64,000 bases of DNA from Botryllus schlosseri. Its lineage: Eukaryota. The translations under genes and the position numbers were made by a program. The notes beneath the pieces are model-generated. The model was not told the DNA's origin. It saw only the letters and a list, made by a program, of their open reading frames with translations, and did not search any database. Of this stretch, positions 35,701 through 48,790 are shown in pieces (the first letter of the stretch is position 1; each line of letters begins with the position of its first letter). The stretch spans positions 8,558,001 to 8,622,000 of the forward strand of contig CM119372.1 of assembly GCA_051294905.1 (NCBI GenBank). The letters run 5' to 3'.

Positions 35701-37450
35701 TGCTGACTTGAATCATTACAAGTAACTGTCGATTCGGATTCGAGCACTCGGATCGCTGCGCTCAGCCCTAGTCGCAATATGTCGCCAATGTTGTGCCGAC
35801 AAATTACTTTAAATCCCTTTCTGCGGGATTACAGGTGGAATTAGTGCACGCTCACCGGGCGATCACGGAGCAAAGAAATTCGAGACGCATCACTGAAGAA
35901 CGAGCCGTGAATTTAGAGGTAGCGACATCAATACTCTTGCTTGTTACCTTTTTCCATCCGCGACCAGTAGACTATATCTGTGTAGTGGGTATAATTTTTT
36001 CACATTTGCAACATATTCCACTTCTACTTGACCAGTTGTTTAGTCAAAACTGATTAATTTCTACCTTCAATTTTGTAAAAAGTAGTTTTGTGATAAGTTG
36101 GTTTCGATTCTATGACCGAGAATTTAATATGAACCAACGGAAATTGCCATTGTGTCACGTTAACAGAATATAATATCTCCAAAGTTTGTTGCGCCATTAG
36201 TTATTTTGAATTAGTCACTAAGACACACTTCGCAGTCTTGGAAGTAGTCGCCTGAGATTATTTCCTATAGTATTCAACTGTCGAGCAAATCGACTTCTTA
36301 GAACTAGGCTACATTCTCAAGTACTCATTAGACCTTTCAGTATCTACTTCTGCTTGAAGTGGTTTTGACATCTTGGAAACGGCTACTTGTACTTGTAATT
36401 GAGTAGAAATATACGGGTAACAGCAAGGCTGACTGCTTTGTCCGTCTCTGGTTCAGATCGAGAATATCCGGCTGAAAAAAGAACTGGAAGACGCGAGAGA
36501 AGCTAGCCGCATAAGCTCGGCGCTCGACGACGACACGCTTTTGGACAGCATCGAAACTTCCTTCAATAAGTTCCACGAATTTCTGGAGCTGCTGGATAAG
36601 CTTGGGTGGGATTACGCACATATCCTGTTTTTTTCTTTTTCCGTATTGAAGATACTCTTGGGGTACAGAACTTCAGTAAACAATTAAATAATATAGTTGT
36701 ATTGAAATAAAACCCGTATATTTTCGGAGAATTGTGAAGTAGGCCAAATACGGTGTCACCGGCATGAAATTTCGATATTGTTCATTCGCATACAGCCTTG
36801 GGGGTCTAGCGGCATACGCAGGCGTTTCGACGATAAAGTTTCCTCTGCCTGGAAGTACTACCGCTGCGGAATCGACATCAGGACGCGATTCCAGGAAGCG
36901 TTCGAGGGGGAAATCTCCTGAGCTGTCTGACAGTGCCGGTGATGAAATAGCTGCTGTACCCCCGCCTATCACCATCCACAGTCGCAGTAACGTAGGGGAA
37001 TCTGGCGACGCAAAGCCGCCGGTGTCGAAAAATCGCGAAAGCAGATTTCAGGTTTGTTCTCTCGGATTATATGAATATTTTCTGCCTATCAGTGTGACTT
37101 TTGCAGTATGAGTCGGGTTTCTGTGTTGAACTCTAGCCTTGTTGGCCTTAAAAGACTGGCCCAGCGATTCATCTGAACCACTGCACTAAAATATACAAAA
37201 TGACAGAAACTTTGCATTCCTATTTTAACCTATTTCTACAATATAGACCTTGATAACAATTGCATATTTTTAACACTGTGAACTCAATGGGGATATCTCA
37301 CATCACATTGTGTGGGGCAAAGGCGATTATCGTTTGAAACATCTTCTAGTTGGCATACTAGTAGAAATATGGCCAAACTGTTATCGACTTATCATCATCC
37401 TCTTTTGTCAGGGCTTACAGGATGAAGCGAATGCGAAAGGTGACTCTTAG
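26715..37450 (+). CDS. CEP78: Centrosomal protein of 78 kDa, 16 coding exons
   Basis: Exons 26715-26828, 28900-29047, 29171-29343, 31223-31295, 31360-31463, 32264-32438, 33399-33512, 33573-33640, 34305-34413, 34480-34579, 35028-35082, 35143-35328, 35835-35918, 36457-36605, 36796-37051, 37412-37450. GT-AG introns with consistent phases. Motifs DFETHYCSLCALQDTVP, WAESLRYRQP, GLRRITLN, DDLWLKAIDLQKCG, PWRTA, SIETSFNKFHEFL match CEP78 as recalled. The last exon is less certain. Confidence 0.93.
27011..28845. mobile_element. hAT-like element in CEP78 intron 1, with nested insertions
   Basis: Termini caggggtgggcaa...ttgcccaggtctg; TSD atatacag/atatatag; empty-site paralog at 52991-53061. Confidence 0.8.
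27559..28145. mobile_element. Foldback MITE, near-palindromic over most of its length
   Basis: tatagaatgtaaacgtggaatggcagcgacc... pairs with ...ggtcgctgccattccacgtttacattctata; flanked by attgcac on both sides. Confidence 0.9.
29784..30038. mobile_element. hAT-like MITE, GACTCGAGTC family, short copy
   Basis: cagggttgtaatgactc...ttcaaccctt; TSD gttggatt/gttagatt. Confidence 0.85.
30141..30634. mobile_element. hAT-like MITE, GACTCGAGTC family
   Basis: TIR cagggttgtaa...ttacaaccctg; perfect TSD gagtttat. Confidence 0.92.
33759..34010 (+). mobile_element. tRNA-derived SINE in a CEP78 intron (3' end approximate)
   Basis: A-box-like TGGTAGAGCG and B-box GGTTCGATGCC (33809), followed by a non-tRNA body. 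Confidence 0.6.
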
Positions 37451-38619
37451 GAGAAATCAGTTATACTGCGGAGGATCTTATCCCGGAATCAGAATTGATG
37501 ACATCACTTTCTCGAGCTACTAGCCTACTCATCGATTATGGCGATAATCAACGTCTCCATCAAGTCACGTGGATATTAGTTGTAGCGATACTTTGTATTA
37601 TTTTATTATTTTCAAAAGATTCGTGCTGTAATTGATTTAGAATATATTTATACTTGTAATTGAGTGTTCCCCTCCTTCATGTGTCCTTGTGTAGCGGGTG
37701 TATACTGTATAGTGATAGCCATGGATTGGAAATCAATGCCTTCTTGTTGATCGATGTCCTGTCAGGGTCAAGTTGAGGATCGATCAGACAGCTCTAATTC
37801 CTACTCGTAGATTACAGCATCGCTCCGACGCAATCACAATGTACTAGAATTCACACCTTTATCTATCTGCATTAGTGTATCTGTAGCGCTAAAATCACCA
37901 ATTGAAGAAGACGAGTCGCATTCCTTTTGTTCAGGCTAAAAGGCATCGAGCTGATTGATATACATCACAAGACAAATATATGATATATTTGAAAGCAGCT
38001 TCCCAACCGTGCTAGACCAGAGCTTGAGACGCTATGTTATGGCTGCCATGTGTGCTTTTAGGAGGATTTGTCCTCATTTTTCTGGAAATCAAAAATGTCG
38101 TCCGAGTACGCCTAAATATCCCCCTTTTGGCAATTCGTCCTCCCTAGACCTCCAGATCACTGGACACTGGACACTTGGACAGGCACAACTACAAAAACGC
38201 CATAAATGATGCGAAGTCCGTGATATGAATATTGGAGTGGGTCTTTATGGAGTCGGTAGTTCAAAAATGACGATAGGATTTCTCGATAAATATATTTTCG
38301 AATAAGTAGAAGTCCGTTAATCTGACTTTTATGATTTGTAAAAAGTGTCCTTCTTTCCGGATCCCAAAATATGTTAACCCTAAGGCTAAGCAATATGAGA
38401 TTACAGCATATTCATTTGAGTTATCCAGGAACAGGATGATGATAACGCTGTAAATTGCCATGCTGTGCTCTGTGCTGACATATATTCTCTTCCGGGATTC
38501 TAAACATCCAAATCCATTACCATGTCACCGGAAGGTGGTGATAGAGTCCAAATCAGCTGTGTTGCTATCGTGCGGCGTCCGTCGAAACGAATTTAACATC
38601 AAGGGGAATGCAATTATGA

Positions 38620-39408
38620 ATGGCAGAATCCGTTGCGGATATTGTAGAAAGAATAATTGCTAACGGACATCTATGCTTGAATATAAGTCATCGAGGGCTT
38701 AGTGTTTTGCCCGAAGAGCTTGCTAAGATTCGGCACTTACGAGTTTTACTTCTCAACGACAATGAACTTGTGCTTCCACCAGAGGAGATCATGCATTTAT
38801 GCAGTTCTCTCGAAGAATTGGTTCTGGATGGGAACAAGTTCACCTTACTGCCAAGCAAACTAAGGGATTTCATTCTATTGAAGAAGCTTAGCTTGTGCCG
38901 CACACCAATTGGTACGTTGTCGCCAGACATCATGAGGCTGTCGAATTTGAGGGAACTGTGGCTTACCGAATGTTCGTTGGTAACGATTCCGAAAGAGATC
39001 GGTTCTCTAGAGAATTTAACACGTCTTGGACTACGGAAGAATTCTCTGCAAACCGTCCCAAAACAGATTGCTAATTTAAAAAATTTGAAATGGATATCTA
39101 TTGCAGAAAATAATTTGGAGACATTACCAAGCAATCTATATTTATTGTTAAATTTACGGTATGCCGATTTATCATGCAATAAGTTCCAATCTGTGCCACC
39201 GCCTCTACTAGATGTAAAAAATCTCAAAGTTTTGGTCTTGTCACATAATATGATTGAGGCAGTGAGTGATGATGAGATTCTGTCAATGTCTGACATGGTA
39301 AAGGTCGATTTGAGATGTAACATGATGAAGACTAAACCTGTACACTGGAAAGGCTTGGAATTCATATTAGTGGGTGAATTTCCAGTTGTAACCCTAAATC
39401 AATTGTAG
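38620..39408 (+). CDS. Small leucine-rich-repeat-only protein (about 9 LRRs), single exon
   Basis: Repeated LxxLxLxxNxLxxLPxxI motifs across 262 aa. Confidence 0.88.
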   Translation: MAESVADIVERIIANGHLCLNISHRGLSVLPEELAKIRHLRVLLLNDNELVLPPEEIMHLCSSLEELVLDGNKFTLLPSKLRDFILLKKLSLCRTPIGTLSPDIMRLSNLRELWLTECSLVTIPKEIGSLENLTRLGLRKNSLQTVPKQIANLKNLKWISIAENNLETLPSNLYLLLNLRYADLSCNKFQSVPPPLLDVKNLKVLVLSHNMIEAVSDDEILSMSDMVKVDLRCNMMKTKPVHWKGLEFILVGEFPVVTLNQL

Positions 39409-39742
39409 TTGAACAAGGAACTAATTCTGTTCTTCACAGTCGCATCTGTTTATTTCATTCAAGGCGTGCAGAAGAGACAAGTAATCAAAATTTATTGCTC
39501 AGTAATAGTAGCCTACTAGAGATCTATACGAGGGATATAGTTAAACTAAATACTATAGAGCAAAATTCTGTGTGAATTTTTATATTTTCACTTTCACATC
39601 CCAAGAAGGAGAGTGCAAAAACAAAATATGTTGAAAGATTGCGGGAAGCACGAGTACACAACGGTATGCATATTAATTGGGTAAAAATAATTGTGGCAAA
39701 TACAGTTATATGTCAGTCTCCAAACAAAACTAGTTCAAATTT

Positions 39743-40866
39743 TCAAAAATATGTGATTGGCGAGTCTTCGGTCAGACCAGTTTTTACCCCGGCCAATTCG
39801 ATGTCCTGTTGCAGAGACTGAAATATTCTCAACTCGATGTAGCAGTCACATCCGATCTTTACCTGTATGACAATATCGCATGAACGATTGCTGTCTGAAA
39901 ATTAAGTTCGTATTGAATTACGGTATACCACCTTTACAAAGTAGTTCGTTCCTGCCACCACTTGTGAGGAATATTTGGTAGCCTCAAACAGATCGAAATT
40001 CTGTCCTGTTTTCTGCTCTGCTGCTGCTTGCACCTACGGAAAGAGTAGATGCATTTGTACTAGCTGACACACAAAAATGAGAATGATTTTGTGATGAAAG
40101 ACGCGAGAATTCAGATGTATAGGCACCGCCCAATCCAAATTATGCAATACTTGAATATTGAGCTATTTCCACTTTTCAAAAGATTGTTATGAAGCAAAAT
40201 CACTTTGTGTGAACAGTGCGCATGCATAATTCCGCCTGATGTATTTTATTTGTCTCTTACAACCACCACAATCAATCAATCAGGTTTGTTGACCCCTAAC
40301 TGTGGAAGAGTATTCCTCATTCCTTGCTACTGAATCAATTTTGAAGTGAGAACGCAGTGAACATTGTGTAGCCGCGTGCCGTTTGACTTCGATTTCTGGC
40401 ACCCTTTTTATGTGATAATGTCTGGATTTCTCACCCAGCGTTTATTTCTCTTTTCAGCAAGTTTGTGCATTTCTATTTGAATACTAAGTTGAATATTTGG
40501 TAGATTTCACAATCTCATTTTGATTCAGTCTTCCTATATTTCATAGTACCGGTATTGCAATTCTGAGATGCTTTGTAAACAACAACATCATTTGAAATTC
40601 TCCACTTGAGAATGAGATACATGTACTTCAAGTGTAAAAATCGTCATTGAACTACAATATTCAATCTTGCCTAAATATAAGGTATTTCCTTCAAAATTGA
40701 AGCACTGAAAATTAGATGCCTTCAAACATTTGTTTATGCCCATCGTTATCATATTTCACATACCCATTACCCATCTTGATGAAGTTATAGTTACCTGGTT
40801 CACCATTTCCCGTACATCTTCTGTCACTGATTTCTCAGGAGACAATCCACCCATCATCGTAGTCAT
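39743..40866 (-). CDS. Type-1 cystatin (stefin, cystatin A/B-like), 97 aa, 3 exons
   Basis: Exons 40866-40795 ([12 protein letters not shown]...), 40033-39932 (...[14 protein letters not shown]), 39862-39743 (VKIG...RIFQSL...ITYF*). QVVAG motif, N-terminal GG, no signal peptide. Absent from the ORF track. Confidence 0.93.
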
Positions 40867-40951
40867 TATGTTGAATCTTTGAATTCCTTCTAGTTCCTGT
40901 TGAATTCTCTAGCTGTCTATTCTTAAATGATCTGAAAACATTCCATCATCG

Positions 40952-40958
40952 ATTTATA
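40952..40958 (-). promoter_or_regulatory. Candidate TATA box of the cystatin gene
   Basis: TATAAAT on the minus strand about 90 nt upstream of the ATG. Confidence 0.45.
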
Positions 40959-41208
40959 CCGCTCACTGTTGTGACTAAGTGAGCTGAGAAAGGAGATTAT
41001 TGAAAACAACAGGAAGTGTTGATTTCTGGTTGAGAGTTTCATATTTCCTTGGTTTTGTATACGAGTCACAAAGAAACATGAGCAATGCTATTGTCAGCTT
41101 CCACAATTCAATATACGTTTCGTACATTTTTATTGTGAGCCCTTTATTCATCATAGATCTGACAAAAATATGTTGATTTATGCTGGCTGAGACACGTTGA
41201 TACACATA

Positions 41209-44200
41209 ATGCCTCCTAAAAGGCAAACCGCGAAACCTAGTGCACCTGTACGTAGGGCACCCGGCCCAAGACAAGCACAAGCCAAAACAGTTTCAGGTGA
41301 GTTCAGACCACGATATTGAATAGTGAATGATCTTTATACCTCATCATTATACCTGATGAATGTGCACTAATTCATTTCAAATTCATGTCTCAATTACTGG
41401 ACATGTACTCGACCTCTAGACCATATCATCTACATAGGTGTTTTCATCAGATTAGCAGCCTTTACCGCAATAGGCCAAGCATATCACTATATTCTTTATC
41501 CTTGGTGTGGCAAGGGTGGTCACTGGTCAGTTACAAAGTAATTCTACTTTATCAAACCACTCAAGTAGGTTTTGTATACTTGGACTACTTGATCTAGCAT
41601 GTGATTATGACTTTAGACTACTTTCATTTGTACTTTAACATGTTAGCACGCCAAACTACTGTCCTCTTACGATTCAAATCTTGTCACGTGGAAAGAGGTA
41701 GGATATTTGGATCAATAGTTACAACCCTGTATCACAGTAATACAATATAACTCCAGAAGTTTCACCAATTTAAGGCATCAACGTGATGTATTAGTGGCAC
41801 TGATGATTCCTGAATGTAATCACTGGCAATCGTCTAACAAAAGTCTGCTATACCTTGTCCCAATCTACTTCTACAAATTACTTACGTCAGAGATTTTCAG
41901 ACTTTGATCGAGTAGGCTACTTCTTAATTTACTTTATTCATGTCTTGAAAATCAAGACTTCTTCTCGTAATTGAGAAGAAATTTATGGCATTACTTTTAC
42001 TTGTCGGATACATGAGTATCATCAATGTCTTCTTAATTTAGTTCTGTCATGTCTTGCAAGTAGAAATTTACGACATTAATTCTACTTGCGCTTGAGTAGG
42101 CCCACAATCAATATGTAATTTGACCATATCTGAGATTACATCATGCTCATGCAAATTTTGAAGGCAACACGTAAGGCATGAGCACAAACGCATCTGTTAG
42201 TAACGTGATATTAAACACTATATATAGTCTTTAGTATCCTAATAATTCGTGGTTATGATGGATCAAAGTAAACTATATAGTCGCATATTGCATTACTCGT
42301 TATGGGCATGAAATAGGTGCACCTGGTAAAAAAGTTGCAGCAACTGGAAAGAAACCCGCGGGTGGTGCGAAGGCTCCTCAAAAAAAGGAAGAAAAAAAGG
42401 GACCATCTCCTCAAGATTTGGCTGCGATCACTATTCAAAAAAATATCAGAAGGTTTGTTTTTGCCACTTAGTATGGATAAAAACCCGGCATCAAAATTTT
42501 GCACAAATGTTGTGGAACTTGGGCTAGTATTAAGAAAAGAGAACTCCTCAAAACCATCTATTCAATGTACAATGGACATGGATACAATTCGTGAGACTGA
42601 ACAAACTACAAAAACTTTCACTCCAATAGGCTATGTCTCATCAGTTCAAACATGAAGACAAAGGCCTAAAATTGGCTGTTCAAATATCCTAATATAATAC
42701 AGTCGGGCACTGGTAAAATCAGGAATATCATTTCAATTGTGTCAGATTCCTAGCGAGGAGACAATTGAAGAAACTTCAAACGCAGAAGGAAGAATATAAT
42801 GACATGATTGAAAGATTGCAGAGAGAGGTGAGATTATTTTGTCTCCACAGCACCCAGAAACAATATATAATATCTGACCACATTTCTCATTTATACAAGT
42901 GCTCAAGTACTCGCTTTAGAATGATTCTAGTACTATCGGTGTGTTCAATCCAATTTCAACTGAGATTTAGTAATACCTGAATGGATAGGCTTACATTCCT
43001 ATTCACTTGTAAAAGGAAGTCGTCTACTTCTAAACATTTATAATTCTACTTCCAGAAATTTTAAGCTCCTCAAAGTCGGGACTGCTAGTCATGCCAGAGC
43101 AGGGGTTCTTAAACTTCTTTGATCAGCGACCCCGTCAAGTTCTGTGGGCGGTTGCCTGTACCACCAAAATTTCAGAAGCCAATGAATGGCGGGTTATCGC
43201 ATCAAGCTCAACTCTATTTTGGCTGTACCAGGCCCAAAATAAGATAACTAATGACTAGACAAGGTAGTCACAGTCCCACTCACTATGTCATTCTCAAAGG
43301 AAAATTTGGTTATGGAGTTTCTTGACAACGTATTGCCCTTGCACAGACCCCCTAAAACTACCTTATGGTACCCCTAATTGGTTCGTGGACCCCAGTTTAA
43401 GAACCCCTGCGCTGAAGAAAGAGCTCTTTCATGTCTTACAAGTATGCTAATACTTACGGATCCGATCGTAACAGGATCCGACATCCAATACCCTTGGGAA
43501 CGCTTAGCCTTCACAGGTGATATATTTTGTGCAGGCTTTCGTCGCCATGGTGAAAGCAGAGCAGGAAGCGGCAGAAAAGCAGCTTGCTCGCGAAGATGAA
43601 GAGCGCAGGAGGAAGATAGAGGAAGCGAAATGCAGGAAACGAATGCTGGAGGCCGCTTTCGACGGTGATATTGAAGAACTCGAGAATATTCTCAAAGAGG
43701 TTGCTGTTTGCGACAATTCAAGAAAATTAACGTGACACATTTGACATTATATATTCTGTCAAGGTTTCGGATTTGGATGATAAAAATGGTATTCCAAACG
43801 ATGAGATCGGACGTGTCGTCCGCAGGAATCATCAAATGGCCATCGTTGAATGTGAAGACGCCAATGAAAACACTCCATTGTCTGAGGCTTCTGGTGGAGG
43901 TAGTGTTGACGCTATAAAATTCCTAGTGGAAAGAGGTAAGGAAGAACATGCAGCTGTATATCAAGAGTTCGAGACCGAGAAATATAGTTTTCTATCGAAT
44001 GCAGGCGCGGATGTAAATACAGTAGGTGCGTGGGGTCGGACTCCTTTATACAGGGCTGCATTTGGCGGGCATCTAGACGCTGTTGAAACGTTATTGCAGT
44101 ACGGAGCTGACCCGAGGATATACGCCCAAGATGGAAATACTCCTGAACATGTAAGAACTTTGTATGTTCTATATCAGTGTTTCGTGAACATATTTGCACA

Positions 44201-47200
44201 AAATCCTCTTGGGTAACGAACCAGCTACCAAGTCCCCCCCACCCTGACAAAATTTGTTTTTGCTTATTGCATGCACAAACACCGTTCGTGCTCATGACCG
44301 TTTGTGTTGATCCAATTCATAGTCAGCTCGTTATGCCAGTCACAACTCTGTAGAAATTTAAGGACAAACACAATTCAAGAATAAAATTAGTATAAGGCAA
44401 TGTCAATTCCAAAGTCATGGTGCTGCATCAGTAGCCTACCTCCGCTCTCCGACCTTGCTGGCTAAGAATTCTGGTCAGTAACTGATTGGTGAATGAACAA
44501 TGAACATCTACCTACAGAGATCGTTGGTAATGATTTCCGATTGAAAATGACATTGTGCTACCGAAAACCACCGCCACATCTGTTCTTACTGCACAGATAG
44601 GGCTACTTATTTTCGAATATTTTAAACGAACCACCCTGTTGTAAAAATACTTCCTGGACTTTTGCAGGTTAGCTCTGTTGAGGCGATTCATGAAGTTTTA
44701 AAAAACTGGGACATCACCATCACCGAGAGCTTAAAAGAAAAGATGGAAGGCGAGAGAGAACGAAGAAGAGCAGAAGATCAAAAGAGGAAAGAAGCAGAGG
44801 CTAGCAAGTGTGTTCATGATTTTTTTCTTCATATTTCATGACAGTGTTAAGTGGAAAGTCAGACCTCAGTCACATTGCTCAGATTCTGGAATATCGGCCT
44901 TCCATTCCATCTCCTGTTTAAGACTCCATTCTGATTGTGTAAAGTGGCACGACTCACCATCTAACTCCAATTTTGAAGATTTAACATGAATCGACTGAAA
45001 TATAGAATTGCAATTCCTCCAGATGACTGGATGATAGTAATTTTTGATAATCCTGTAGGCTATTTCTCATCGGGTCTGTCTCTGTACGCCTCTTTCAAGA
45101 CGTTTTTCCATTTTTACTATATTCATAAGCCAGGGTGGGAGTTTGATTGATTCACTTCACCAAGATATTTGGACTCCTTCGTTCCCCTTGTATCACAATC
45201 TTGTGGTGTTCGATCTGATGAAATTCTCAAACTGATCTGAACAAATTTTATGTCAACCTTCACAAATCCCAGGCTGCAAAACGAACTGGAAGAAATACAA
45301 AAGCAATACGAAACAGCACAGAAGGTTCTACAAAGAGCATACATGGAATTGGAAAAACGCATCCATGAGCATGACAAGTGCGCATTAGAAGCGCCGGAAC
45401 ACGCAGAAATCACATTGCAGGTTGTATTTGTGATTTGTTGATGAGTATTTTTGGACACTGCTGCTGTTCTCCAGCCTTGATCACTGTAATACTTCGGTAA
45501 ACTATGAGTCCTAAGCAGAGGTGGTCAATGTAGTAACCCCTGGTACTACAGTAGAAGTCACGCCATAAATTTCTACTCAAGTAGAAGTAGCGATTTGCAA
45601 GTAAATAAAAAAGTAAGTATTCTTGGCCTAGTTTTGCCTAAAAAACTGAAAACTGTCAAGTAGAAGTAATCTAGAATCATAAACCACTTGAGACAAAATC
45701 TACTTGAAGTACTTTGAAAAGTAGTACTTAGTTGTTGACCACCTCTGGTCCCACCACAAGTCTTGATTGCATATTATTGCTCCTTTAGCACAGTATTTAG
45801 GCAATTTTTACCCGTATTCGTTTTTGAATAGATTTCGCTATCACGAATGACCCTGTTTCGCTTCACACAAGAAATTTTGGAATATATTGTGAGAATAAAA
45901 CTTCATTTTCATCACTCGCCCTTTTTTTCTTATCTTCTGTTACATTTAATTTAGTATACATGTATCTCCTATAGGCCAAGGTGACATGCCACCTCATTTT
46001 TGTCGCTTGTTTTTTCATACTAACTTCTTTCACTTTTCATTCAGTGTGCATGCGTCCTCTTACATCGCCTAGGCCAGGGGTGTCAAACATACTGAGTAAA
46101 TGGAAAATTTATCGCATTATTCAGCAGCTTTTTAACAGAAGTTGAGATTCTTAGTAATAAGTACTGCGACGTAAATATTATAACTCATCAAGACAGCAAA
46201 TGTCGAAAATGTTCATAGGCCACCTTATAACAATCTGTCGGCAGTTTTGAGTTATCACTCAAGTAACCATCAGCAATGAGTCGACGACATTGACACTACA
46301 TTTTGAGAAGGCAAAATAGTACACACTCAGTTCTGAATTTTCTGAAAAAATGGGCCAGATAATTGTTATTCACAGAGGCGGAAACGACAATCCGAAACCG
46401 TTGCATGTAAAATACATAACTGTATTCAATAGGTCAATTATCGTATTTTTGCCAACTCCATTGTTTGTTGGTCGAATAGAGTCCTCAGCCCTCATGATCT
46501 GTGATAGAGTGTATAATACTATTTTGCATAGCGTTGGTAAAAACCATTCCAGTGGAAAACAAAGATATGGATTTCTACGTAACATATTGGAATTATTTGA
46601 CTGGTCCGGCCCGTGAGCGATTGATGTGCTTGAATCCGACCCGCTACCCAAGTTGAGTTTGACACCCCTGGCCTAGGCCAAGGTGGATGTCTGATTTCAA
46701 AGACTACTCCAAGTCGTTTCGACACCTTCCTATCTTTTCATTGTATCGCAATTTTTGTCGTGTAATAAACTGATAAAATTTGCTATTAAACCGAACCGAA
46801 GGTGGGTGTTTGATTGAAAGGCTACTCCAAGTCGTTTCGACTCCGACTCCAAGTCGTTTTGACTCCGACTCCATTTTCATTTTATCGCAATCTAGTGGGG
46901 TTGATGGAATTATTAATAAACTGCACTGAACTGCAACTAGAATTTCAACATCTTTCCATAGCTTTCCAACATTACCAGAGTGCATATGAGAGATCACATT
47001 AATTCACAGCTTGACCTGTTTGCAGTCTGTTCACGATGCTGAAGGAGAACTGGAAATCGCAAAAATGCGAGCTGATAAGGCCAGGAGCAATTTAGAGCAA
47101 GCACGGCTGCGATTAAGAGAGCAACAACATGAAGGCAAGTTAACTCAAACAAACCAGTTTCTTTGATATAATATCACTGTATGTTTTTAGGTGGAGATGA

Positions 47201-47935
47201 AGCATTACCAGGTGTTAAATGCAATATAAGAGAACTAGACGAAGTCTTGATGAGAGATGTGGGCAACAGAATTTCTGATTCTGGCAAATGGCCCATGTTG
47301 ATTGATCCAACTGGACAAGCAACGACCTTCCTGCGTTATCGAGATACCAACTACCTGTGTGCGCTCAATCCGCAACAAATGCAACCCGATGTGATTCGAC
47401 TTGCATTGCTTGGCTCCATAAGGTACGAAAAAAATCTTTTCTAAATTTGAAATCCAATTGGGAATCCTACAATTATCATGTTATATAAAATGTTACTGAA
47501 TTATTTTAGATTCGGAAAGCCAATGGTTGTTGATATGCTAGAAGTCGACATGTACGATACCATAAGTGACATTTTTGATCAGATTTTACCTAACTTGTTA
47601 TCGGACATTATGAGCAAGGAACTTCTGACACAAGAAGGGTAAGTTTCTAACAGTAAGATGGCAATCTGTATTAAACAGAACAGTCTATCTAAGATCGAAT
47701 TTCACCTCATTCTTGTTCGTGTCATACTTCTCATCTTATCAAGATACACTTCATGTTTCACAGATACATGAAATTGGTAAAGCCTGATGATGGAGATTCC
47801 TATCAGAAATCTAAATTCCAGCATCACAGAGTTGATAAATTTCTGTTTGTACTAGTAACAAAGAACAAATTCCCTTCTGATTTTCTTCTTGAAAGTACAT
47901 ATGCAATAAGAATCGTCCTGCCTGACGGTTTATGA
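41209..47935 (+). CDS. IQANK1: IQ motif and ankyrin repeat domain-containing protein, 12 exons
   Basis: Exons 41209-41296, 42317-42452, 42746-42827, 43535-43699, 43764-43935, 44005-44150, 44668-44807, 45273-45420, 47026-47134, 47191-47422, 47510-47638, 47764-47935. IQ motif AAITIQKNIRRFLARR, ankyrins (NTPLSEASGGG, GRTPLYRAAFGGH), coiled coil, C-domain WPMLIDPTGQATTFLRYRDTNYL. Confidence 0.88.
43100..43409. mobile_element. hAT-like MITE in an IQANK1 intron
   Basis: TIR caggggttcttaaac...gtttaagaacccctg; no clear TSD. Confidence 0.8.
45516..45747. mobile_element. Short member of the AGTAG-rich CAGAGGTGGTCA family
   Basis: TIR cagaggtggtcaa...ttgaccacctctg. Confidence 0.85.
45981..46800 (+). 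mobile_element. LINE 3'UTR copy interrupted by a MITE
   Basis: Matches the 10441 and 57450 copies; ends ATTAAA-CCGAACCGAA. Confidence 0.75.
46075..46670. mobile_element. hAT MITE
   Basis: TIR caggggtgtcaaac...gtttgacacccctg; perfect TSD gcctaggc. Confidence 0.92.
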
Positions 47936-48556
47936 AGCCTACACATCTTTATGTCTGCTTATTCTTCTGCATTATTGCTGCTGGGTTATAATGAATGTTT
48001 ACCTGAAGCTGAAGTATTTATAGAGACAATTTTCTCGTCACGATTGACCAGCGTGATACTGTTTAGACAGAAATGAGTAATCGCCACTGTTACCCAAATT
48101 GCACGTATCCTTAATCCTTATACTACTTGTGTATCATCCAACATTTGATGAGGAGCCTAAATATGAGCTGCTTTTGTGCATTATCAAGAACGTGATTCGG
48201 GCGTTTTTTTTGTGGATACCAAATAAGACTGAAGACTGCTATTTCGAGTGTGCTCTGTTTCATTCAATTACCCATATTGGTTACATTTGACACGTCCATG
48301 AGTTGACCAGGAGGACTTATAAGTTAGTAAAGTTACTGCCAGCGCCAGGTATTGCAGTGAGCTAATCGTCAGGCAGTCATCAATGCCCTCGCTTTTTTCT
48401 TAACTATTCATCGAAGTATTTGTGAGCTGAGCAATTATATAACTAGTTGACCGCGGGTATTTTTCAGTTGCGCTCCATTTTACCGTAGCTACATACTCGA
48501 CATGCAACCAAACCAACTGGCAACTGCGAAGGCAATGACCAAGTTCTGTTGGTTGT

Positions 48557-48614
48557 TCATGACCAAAGTCACTCAACTATGACATATGACATAGTTGAGT
48601 GACTTTGTTCATGA
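48557..48614. repeat. 25-bp-stem hairpin (one mismatch, 8-nt loop)
   Basis: tcatgaccaaagtcactcaactatg-acatatga-catagttgagtgactttgttcatga. Confidence 0.9.
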
Positions 48615-48680
48615 CTAATTTATGTTTACAATAATTTCCGGAGGGGGCGCTCGAGTAACAACACTCGAGAAAAGCCTACA

Positions 48681-48694
48681 GTTGCCATAGCAAG
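48681..48694. promoter_or_regulatory. RFX X-box-like motif
   Basis: GTTGCCATAGCAAG versus consensus GTTGCCATGGCAAC; about 100 nt upstream of the ATG at 48791. Confidence 0.6.
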
Positions 48695-48790
48695 CAGCAT
48701 CTATAAGTAGCACCACTATGTAGCGAATAGGCTATTACTCGGCATCAATTAGACCCGATTTGCGGCGATTCTATCCTAATTCAAGTAAGC

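Noticed and set aside
38688..39365. 225-aa antisense ORF (likewise 3006-3665 and other ORFs overlapping real CDSs)
   Set aside because: Shadow ORFs of genuine genes with no recognisable motifs.
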